Assembly: GCA_002269645.1 (NCBI GenBank)
Contig: NIVC01000614.1
Location: forward strand, 89,835 to 153,834
DNA length: 64,000 nt
Origin: Macrostomum lignano
Taxonomy: Eukaryota
Direction of reading: 5' to 3'
This document shows positions 23,239-33,217 of this stretch, in pieces (the stretch's first letter is position 1; each line of letters opens with the position of its first letter). The notes beneath the pieces were generated by a model, which was not told the origin of the DNA, searched no databases, and worked only from the letters and a program-made list of their open reading frames with translations. Made by a program: the position numbers and the translations under genes.

Positions 23239-24697
23239 GGCTCAAAATCCTTTGGGACATGCACATGATACATATGTACATGTAATTATACAGTAACCTG
23301 TGTACATATATACGCGATGTATATTTGCTTTATTTGTTAGAACTGTGACTCCAGAAACAAGATGTACAAAGAACCACTATCGACAGCAGTATATCAGATT
23401 ATTAGCAGTATAGCCGACATGCTGCTATAGTGGTCCTTGCTCGGAAATTTGGAAGGTGAGCTACACATGGACTCATATATTGTCTTACTGAAAACTGAAA
23501 TTTTTTAGAGTAATATTTACAATCGTTAAGTGACGCAATTAAAAGTTTGTTGCTATCCGGCAAACCCGAAAAGCCGAGAGATTGCTATCAGGCCCCGGGG
23601 AACGGCTTCAAAAAAGTGACAGGTGCGACCATAAATCATCCAATTTTGATACAATATGATTTATGGTTTTCAGCTGTAGCATGCCATGCCAAGTTTATGA
23701 AATCCACATATGCACCATTCTATCACTGGTAATATATATACAATTAATTTGTTCGCGGTGTATCGTACAACACTGTGCAGTGCTTTTTTTAAAGCAATGA
23801 AACCGCGTACAATGCAAAAGAACTCATTCATCCAACTGAGAACGGCTAGATTAATAGTTTAGGTGGCTCATGAAGGGCTGCGTTTAACCAACTCAATTCT
23901 CTCTCTATCATATGCACTGCAACCCCAAAACACGTCTGCAGCAACATTGCAGTTTCGGTTTGACAGTAAAAATAGAAACAAGGCTCGTACTGCTGCAAAT
24001 TCAGTGCATCGACTGCATGCATAAATATAGGCGCTGCATACTTATAATTTTCCCAGCTATAGATTCTCGCGCAATTAACACAATCTAGTGTGAAAATATG
24101 CGATTTTAAAAGTAAATTTAATCATCTCTATTCAAGGATTTCAAGCGAACTTCGGGTAAGCATTCGTTCTGTTACGGTTATCACGGTTTGGGTCGTTTGA
24201 TAGTTTTTTAGTTTTCTGTTTTTCCTAAATCAACCTTGCAAAGGCGCTCTAATATCCAGTGACAGCAATGTCTTCTTCAAAGGAGGTAAAACGCACTATT
24301 CCAAGTATTTATTATTGTCATTAAAGGGTAGCACTAGTGGCAGTAAAGCAGTAAAGTACAAAGCAATCTCGTTCAGCAATTTCACATCTATATCGACGTC
24401 GTTGGAAAATAATGGATACTTTTACCCTAGACTGTCGTCATCCGTTACGTTGACCATCGTAAGTTTACTATCCGCGTCAGGTATGTCGGTACGTCGGCGG
24501 ACGTCCGAATGTTGAACGGATAAATTTGAAGTATTTATATAGGCTTAAGTTAATCTATTGTTCAAATATTTTTTACCCTGTCTGTGGTAACTTCTCATTT
24601 GACATAACATGGTAGACCAGTTAGCTGTTTCTTAAAATGACAATGAAACCATGAATTGACAGATCGTCGCAGAGAGCCGTCCCACCATTAACAAAGG

Positions 24698-27600
24698 ATG
24701 GCGGATGACATATCAAGTGGAAGCAGTGACGGCAGCCACAACGTCAGGGAGTTGACAATTGTAGACGTCGATGCGAACTTTGTTGGCGGCAGCTCTACCG
24801 AGCAAAGCCTCGCTGAAAAAAAGTCGTCAGCCCAGTTCCATCAGCGGGACGGTGAAGATGATGAAGCACAGCTGCCGAAACCCACTGAACTTCATCAATC
24901 TGGTCTGCATGTAAAATCCAATGCCGTCCTTCAACTGGACTGCGACAGTAGCGACTCAGAAGCCGAGTTGGACCAAGAAGACGGCACTACTATGAATGCT
25001 CGTGAGGATTCTTCAAGCGACTATCAAGATTCAACAGACGCTTCGCACAAGGCCGCAGAGCTGCTCTAAGAGTGTGCAGAGAAGGACTTTATGAGAAGAA
25101 TTATTCGTCTAGCAAAGGTTGGTAGATTCTCAGAAGCCAATGAACTGCTCATGCAAATACCCGATGACTTTTCGGGTCAGCATGTTCACGATAAAAGCAG
25201 ACGAACTGCAACTCACTATGCAGCGATGAGCACCGATGGAGAGTCCACATTGCTGCACATTCTGCGACTGTTCGGGTCTCGAGCTCTGCTCAAAGAAGAC
25301 TACAAGTCGGTCACGCCGCTCCACCTGTCGCTTGGTTGCCATTCTACTGGCACTGTGAGAAAAATTCTCTCTGACATCACAGATAGCGGTGAAATGGTTT
25401 CCAAACTGCTCAAGACGCTGAAGACGTCACGCAGAAACACCATAGCGCACTATGCCGCCTCAAACACAGAGCACCAGGACGTGCTGAGTCTGCTGGTTGA
25501 CTCAACACCCACCAGTTGCAGTGATCTGTTTGCTCCGAACTCCGCTGGACAAACAATGCTGCACATGTCGATTGAGAAGTTCAGTCCAGAGAGAATACCG
25601 GCTTTATTAGAGATTGGTCACACACGCAGTGGCTGTCTCACGAAGCATCTTAAAACGAAAGACCAACAGGGAAACTCCAGCATTCACTATGCTGCCATGC
25701 GAGGTGCAGACGAGGCTGTACTTCGGGCTTTTGAGTTTTTTCCAAAGAGTTTTCGGTGGAAAAATAACAAAAAGCAATCGGTGTTGCAGCTGGTGCTTCA
25801 AAACTGCAGAGTAGATACCATAAAACAAATGCTCAGGTTGTCTTCAGAGTTGCCTTTGAACCCGGAAGTTGCCCAAAGGTTTGGCCTGGTTGATTGGGAT
25901 GGAAACACGTGGATGCACTATGCCGCTATGAACGAAAATAATGATGACGCAATGTTTGCTGCCCTTGAGGACGCTGAGAGGCAGGCTATGAACAACGCCA
26001 TGTTAGATAAGCATAAAGCAGCACTGCTGAGAAATCTCAGATGCCCCTGCTGGTTAAACAACAAGTCAGAGACGGCATTACATCTGGCGTCGGTGCACTG
26101 CCAGCCAAGCGTGCTGTTGCGACTGCTGAATGCAATGAATACCGCATGCGTCAGCTTGCAGGACACTTCTGGAAACACGTGCATGCACTACATGGCCCAT
26201 AGGACAGACTGTTCAGAAGCACTTCTCACTGCACTCAGGATTTCTGGCTCAGAAGGCCTGTTGAAGCAGAACAAACTGGGTCAGACAGTGCTGCATTGCT
26301 TGGCACACCGTGAAGATGAGGCCACTCTATTGGAGCTGCTACCAGCTGCCAGGGTTGCTGTTCTCAAAGCCGCAGATGACGCAGGCAACACAGTATTGCA
26401 CCTCGCTATCTCGCGGGGCATGCTCACTTTCACTGATGCCGCTGTGAAGAAGCTCGCGAGTGACTGCATCTTCTGGCGAAATAACAAGCAGCAAACCGTG
26501 GCGCATCTTGCTTTCGCGAACGTCAAGTCTTACAATTTCATGAAGGAAAATTTCCTTGGCGAACTCGATAAGTCATTGAAATCCTTGGACGCATCAGGGA
26601 GAAACCCGCTTTTCTATGCGAGCTTCAACTGGAACGTGGCTGCACTCGAGGCTTTCAAATCAAGCGACGAAATGACTCGCGTTGACGCTGACGGGAACAC
26701 CCTGATGCACGCACTCTTCATGAACACTGCTGCAACCAGCGGCATAGAAGCCTTCATCAAATCGCTGAAGCTCATTGCCAAAGCCGGAGTAAATCCGGGA
26801 ACTGAGAACAGCATTTGTAAGACTTGTCTCCAAGTGTGCGAAATTCGAGAGAACTTGTTGAAGCAAATTTTAGAAGCGGCTGCGGACACCAACAATGTTG
26901 GAAAGCTGATCAAGGCGATGCTTCACAGCTCAACCGGGACGCATGCGGTTCATCTCGCTGCCACCAGGTACCGCTTGAAAGACTTTGTTGAGCCACTTGC
27001 CTGCTTATCTGGCATCGAAGCATCCGAACTGCTGTCACTGACAGTCTCGTCAGGAACTCACAGAGGAGCTTCTTGTCTTCACTTTGCGTGTCAAGCAGGT
27101 CACGAGGGCAACATCAAGTTTCTCATTGAAAAGGGCTTGTCGCTGTCCTCACCGACCCATGACGGACTCACACCGATCGACTTTGCCTGCAACAGTGGAA
27201 AGGATGGCGCAGTTGAGAAAGCATTTTTAAATGGCGGTGGTAGAAAGACAAACCTGCTGAGACTTTTGGACTTGCCAAAGCGAGCATTGGATCTGCCTGA
27301 TAGGGAGACGGCCAACAGAGTTCTGAGCTCCGTCAGTGTATCAGCGCGTGTCCCTAAGCAACATCAGAGAGCACTCTCAGGTGTAAACCTTCTTGTCACT
27401 TCCATTGAACTTGACGCACCTGAGATTCTGCGTAGTGCAATAAGCATGGGCTTCATCAGCCTGGAAACTGAGTACTTGGCTGCATCGATTTTACATCCTG
27501 AAAATCTTACTCAGGCAACAGAGATGTCCATCATTGAGACAGCGTTGTTTCTCAATAAATTCAAGATCATACCGGACCTAGTGCTCACAAGACAGTTCGA

Positions 27601-29605
27601 GCTAATTCCTACATGTCTGAAAGTGCTAGTTGAGCTCAAGCGAAAGTTGAAGGAGATTCCTGAGCAGCGCGAGGAGATTAAGGAACTGAGACAGAAGCTC
27701 AAATGCATCGCATTCAACGCTATTGATGAAATGTTTCGCAATGCCAGCGCCTATGAGCAGCAACTGCTCTTCGACTATATTTGCGGCCGGATGGAGCCAG
27801 AAAACAGCGGTCCACTTTTTACCTGTGCGCACCCGCTGCGGGGCATGTTTGGCGAGACTAAGAAAGATGCTATCGAGCCGTGCACAGTGCTGCGACTGCT
27901 GCTGGAAGCTGATTGTGACGAGCTGTTTGTCAGTGAGTGCATGACCAAGCTGGCCGACACGGAGTGGAAGAACCGGCACAGCAGCCTGACTAGGGATCTG
28001 CTGCCTAACGATGACAACGTCAAGAAGGATATCGGTATTATTTGGCTAGAGAGATATCCAGCTGCTTCACCTCGAGTAAAGTTTTTTTCTAACTTCCTCT
28101 CAGACGTGGCTATGCTCATTCTACTCACCCTGGTTAGTATAGGGACTCCACTGGCCAATGGGTTCGGCAGTTTGTATGAAACACTGTATATATTCGTTTT
28201 CTACGGAATTTCAACTTACGTCAAGTTATCGTTCCGTCTTCTAACCAGGTCTTCTCTGCCTTTCTCGAGCACCAACAGAGCATTCTCTTGGCTAGAAGTT
28301 GCTAATGCCGTTGTCATTGTTTTTGGCTGTGCAGGCGCGTTGGCTTTTAGACTTTACTACTTTAGAATGCTGGCAGCCACCTGCTTTCTTGTATGGGGAA
28401 TTCGACTGATTTCCTTCTTGACATTCTTTGAGAAGACGGGGCCCATGGTTATGATGCTGGTTCAACTGCTACTTCAGGACCTGCTACCGTTTCTGTCAAT
28501 CATCCTGATTGTGATATATTCCTTCGGGATTTTCTTCTTTCACCTGCTGTTCCCTGTTCCCGCGGGAGCGAACTACTGGCTGTCGCTTGTCCAGGTATTT
28601 ACGCTACCTCTGAAGCTAATGTTCACAAATTTCGATAGGATTCAGTTCAAAAGCGTGAACAGTACCAATCTGACTGGGTATGAAATCGGCTCCATGGCCT
28701 ATGACAAAGGCAGTGATGCGTTCTACAACTGCTTCATGTTTGTATTCCTTCTGCTGGTCAACATCGTCATGGTTAATCTGCTGATTGCACTGTTCAGCCT
28801 GAGAGTGAGCAAAATTGCCAGCAAGTCCAAGATAGTCTGGAGAAGAATGTACTTCGACATGCTGGTTGAGTGCAACCGGATGAGCGTAGTGCCATCGCCC
28901 CTCTATCTGGTCAATTCGATGTACTTCATTCTTCTTTCTGTGGCTTTGGCATTTCGAAGTGACCTACTGAAAATTTGGAAATGCGGCAAGAGAAGCGTAA
29001 GTGAAATACTTCCGTGCCATTGCAGGTTTCCATTGAAAACTATGAGAATTATAGCTATTACTAGTTGCTAGGTTCTCATATTTTACAGACGGAGCAATTT
29101 GGGTGACTTAAATGTCATAAATATCCGTATCATTTAGCCACGGGCAAAAATGATCCATTAGCCCACATTTTCCCAAGTTTGATTCTGCAATGAACAACAT
29201 AAAAATAGTATACCGTTCACTGAAAAGATATTAGCACCCTAATCAACATTTCAGAACTGGTGGCACAGCGAGACGAACTACCCAAAGGTGTACATCCAGT
29301 TCCTCAAGTTTCAAGCCAAACAGTTCCGACGGTTCGGCCGAAGAAATCTAACTCGTCGAATTGTCGACGCCAACAGCGACCCGGACGGAGTGCAGGCTCG
29401 CGCTGACAACAACTTTGCGGCTGTAAAGCGGGGCATCGATTCGCTGGACCGGACTCGGTCGGCGGCGACTTCAAAGCGGTCAGATTTGAGGGGCATCGAA
29501 GCAAAGCTGGACAACCTGAAGCTGCAGTCGAAACGTCGACGAAAACAGATTAACGACATTGAAGCGAAGTTGGATCGGTTGATTCAACTGGTGGAAAGGC
29601 GCTGA
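24698..29605 (+). CDS. Ankyrin-repeat TRP cation channel (~18 ANK, 6 TM, TRP helix, coiled coil); exons ~24698-28996 and 29255-29605; in-frame TAA at 25067-25069
   Basis: About 18 ankyrin motifs (TATHYAA, TPLHLS, TVLHLAI...). S4-S5 linker RLISFLTFFEKTGPMVMMLVQLLLQDLLPF, S6 NIVMVNLLIALFS, TRP-box region SKIVWRRMYF...PSPLYLV. Donor agc|gtaagt at 28996 and acceptor tttcag|29255, both phase 0. C-terminal coiled coil IEAKLDNLKL...IEAKLDRLIQL. Confidence 0.92.
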
Positions 29606-30437
29606 CCTGTTCCATTTTTTAAAGCACATGCTGTGTCAATTTTATTTGGCTGAACACAAACGCTTTAAATCCATGCAGAAATAGTTTGACGATATAATCT
29701 TTTTTGATGAGCATGTAATGTATCCCTTTAGCGAAACATTTTTACGGATGTTACCTGCACAGTGAAAATATCGACTACTCATCTCTGTACTCTACATATA
29801 TGCCTTTTACCTACTAATTCATCTGTACCTACATGTTCTAGCGTATTTAGTTGGCACTCACCTCTATTTTGATGCAGTGCCAAAAGTTTTAGACGAAAGA
29901 AGCTACAAAAGTACAGTAAAAAAATAAAGCAGTGCTTACTTTGACCTATATTTTAGCGTGCAAATTTAACTAAACCGTATTGAACATTTTTGATTAAGTT
30001 TCTAATGAATTGATTATCCTGTGATATAAACAAAAATCCAAGATAGTTTACTTCTAGAACAAGATATATTTTACGATTTATTTGTCGTGGATACTTTATA
30101 CTTACAATTGTCTTGTGGTAATTTTTTGTTCTAATATTGTAATGAATTGTTAATTGTGTTTCAAATATATAATTGCAAATATAACTATGTAAATATCATC
30201 TTATTATCCAGAAAACAAATTAAAATAATATCATCAGATACAGGTAATTGCAAGAGTTTGCATTTCTAATTGTAATTTAAATTAATTCTTATGGCATACG
30301 ATGAGTCATACATGGCGTAGTATAAATAATGAAGTGCAGGTGGTTTTCCAAATTTTACAAATTTGCGGAACAAATTTGGAAGTTAGGGCAGCTAGCAAAT
30401 TCGTATTGCCGCCTGCGTTGAGTTCACACGAATTAAT

Positions 30438-30577
30438 CCAAACTTGAACGACCGCGCAGTCGAATCTCAAGAAAATTCTACAGGGTTACTCCGTCTGTCG
30501 GGGTCCTCAATTCCGGGGGGATGGTAGTTGGAGTCGCGGTCGAGCGGTCGTAAATAGGCACGGTCGTTCAAGTTTGG
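30438..30577. repeat. 17-bp perfect inverted repeat enclosing ~105 bp (mini-MITE or hairpin)
   Basis: CCAAACTTGAACGACCG (30438-30454) and CGGTCGTTCAAGTTTGG (30561-30577). Confidence 0.7.
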
Positions 30578-32039
30578 GTCCACAGACACCGGAGTTCAAT
30601 GTACGTCGATATGCGTTGAAGCTTACTAAGAGTAGCGTATCGCTGCCACCACCGTAATTTACGTATTACGGAATGGTAGTTTTTCAGAGCTCGCTTAGAG
30701 TTGAGAAAAATTGGTTGTTTTACGCCTCACGGGCAAAGTATTTAAGATATTGCTATTGGCTAATTTATTTATCAATGAATAAGTAGTAGAGTTCGTTGTT
30801 TATTGTCTAGTTTAATAATCGCCTTCAGCCGAGCCGCTACGAGCAAGATATCCGGCGGAGCCGCGAGGTGCGGGATGAGTAAAAGTTGGTTAGCAAAATT
30901 AATAAAAACAACAGCCAGACCAAGAGTCGGTAACAGAAAGTTCGTTGCAGTGATTATATATGAGCATGCACAACTTATTGCCGTCGCATTGGGGCACCCA
31001 CTGGGGCAGAAGATGGGGCAGGCCATTAGGCAACAGATGGGAAGCAAAGAAAAACAAAAATGGGGCAACAAACATGCAGGACAGAGAATGGCGGACAGAG
31101 GCCAGAGGATGGGCCAGACGTGGCCAGACGTAAGAACGGGACGACAAGGTGTGTGTTCCGGTGAGTTAGTAGTTCAAAGTTAGAAAAATTAAATCATCGT
31201 GGTAGCCCATCTACCACAAATATACGAGCCCTCTGGATGCCCATTCCTATCATCAAACGTGCCCAAGATTTTTTTTCGATTTTTTAAATTTGCACCTGCA
31301 CCTACGGGTCACGCCGATCCAGCTAGTCTTGAAAGAGTGTCTTCGACATCTTCCACCGAAAATCGATTAGAATCATAGTCTACAGCAAGTAGTGAACTTA
31401 TTGAATAGTGACTAGGGGGCTTTGGCTGTAGTATTCTTCCATTAAAAATTACTGACACTAGCTCTGATGTCGATCCTGAATTATCGAATGAGAATGGAAT
31501 AACTATCTAATGAAATAACTTGTCAACAGTAATTCAGCTACAAATTTCATTATGCATTTTCTCTATTTGAAAAAAAGTAATTATATTATGAAGCTTGAAC
31601 ATTTTCCAAGTTTTTTCGAAGTTCAGCAATAAGATTGCGATATAGCGCATACTTACATGTATGTAGAATTTCAGGATGCAAAGTTATAACAAGAAACTTC
31701 AAAACGAATTCTCAAATCAACCAAATTCCCTAGATGCTTTATCTTACGATCGTAATGCCTAAAAAACTGTCTAACCACCAAACTCGGATGAAATCTAGAG
31801 GATCGAAAATGCTGTGCAATTTTGAAGAGTCTGGAGCTTTTCATTCGTTCAGTGTACGGTGACCGACCATCAACAATGAAATACATTGAAGTGGAGCATT
31901 ACACTGACAATCTTCCTTTCAACTACGAAATCTATAGCTACTTGAAGTGTATGAAAAGTTAAAGTTGTTTAAATTGATTTTTTTACTGCGATCTTTGGCC
32001 AAAGTTATTTGACAATGAAACTTGGAATAACCCGGGAAC

Positions 32040-33205
32040 TACTACTATTATTAGGCTCAGTAATGAAATATATCTGCTTTTATTTTTCAGTAATGTGTTG
32101 ACGACAGACTCAATATGACTCAAAGACTATATGCGCCATCGCATCGCAACTGGTTCACATTTATTTTGTCTGTTACTTATTGTGGCGAAAATAGTTACAA
32201 TATCCAATCCTTCTATATATCAAAATTCTTGAACCCACGAAAATATGGAAGCACTTGTAGTTTTTTTGTTTTAACAACTTGGAACCCGGGAACTACTACT
32301 GCTTTTATCATGCTATGTGGAACTGGGGACATCCAAAACGGAACGGCCCATAGGGTTCGACCTCGACCTAGAAGGAACGATTTGAGCTTTTCACAGAGAC
32401 AAGACGCTTTTATTTTCTAACGATTCGTCGAGCTAAGTTACGGTCGTATAAATGGCACCGCAAATTTCTGTACGCGATCGACAGTGTATCATAGCCGCCT
32501 TGCATCGTGGACTGTCGATGACGGATGTTTCAGTTTTGTTAGGAATATCTGTGTAGTGGACGCAGAGATGCAATTTTTTGCAACAAGAGGTGCAGCAAAA
32601 TCCCTCTCTAACGCTAAAGTCAATGGCTGAGAAGCTGGTTGGAAGCTTTCCTGACAAGCCGCATGTGAGCCTTAAAACAATTGATCGAGCAATGGATGGT
32701 TTGCTCTTTACGATCAAACTTGCTACCTTGGGGATCATGGATGTCGACGCCAGAAGCGAATACGCTAACGAAGAGTTGACCTTTTTATATTTGATGGTTT
32801 CAATTTGTGTCTTAAAATGGGCTTCATTAATGTCTGTTTTTATTATTTCTGTAAATAAAACTCAAACTGTTCCTTCTATTCCGGCTCACCGTTCCATATT
32901 GCATGACAGATCGAGTTGTCTATGGCTTGCCTTCCCCGAGTTAATTCAAACACTTGGCTATAGAATTCTATGGCCCGTTCCGTTTTGCATGCCCACTGTT
33001 ACACATAGCACGACAAAAGCAATCCTATTATTACATGTAGGCTCAGTAATGAAATATATCTGTTGCCATCGCAACTGGTTCACATTTATTTTGTCTGTTA
33101 CTTTATTGTGGCGAAAATAGTTACAATATCCAATCCTTCTATATGTCATAGTTCTTGAACCCAAGGAAATATGGAAGCACTTTTAGTTTTTTTGTTTTAA
33201 CAAGT
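32040..33205. repeat. ~170-200-bp direct repeat flanking the Tc1-like remnant (copies ~32040-32280 and ~33030-33205)
   Basis: taggctcagtaatgaaatatatctg...atcgcaactggttcacatttattttgtctgttac...gaaatatggaagcactt occurs twice. Confidence 0.85.
32300..33020 (+). mobile_element. Internally deleted IS630/Tc1/mariner-type element with ~50-bp imperfect TIRs and a transposase HTH remnant
   Basis: Inverted repeats tgctatgtg..ac.g.gg.cat.caaaacggaacgg.ccatag at ~32300-32352 and ~32968-33020. The internal peptide FLQQEVQQNPSLTLKSMAEKL...VSLKTIDRAM..LLFTIK fits the winged-HTH of IS630/Tc1 transposases. Confidence 0.7.
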
Positions 33206-33217
33206 AAATTTCTTTTA

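Noticed and set aside
7725-25069. Genetic-code reassignment (TAA/TAG = Gln) to explain both in-frame stops
   Set aside because: Other genes here end at TAA (astacin, GT92) and TAG (FAAH, DEG/ENaC) at the expected C-termini, and long ORFs contain no other internal TAR codons.
30772-31886. ORFs 30803-31183 and 31671-31886 as genes or transposase fragments
   Set aside because: No motif I can recognise with confidence; other frames contain stops; possibly decayed transposon sequence.
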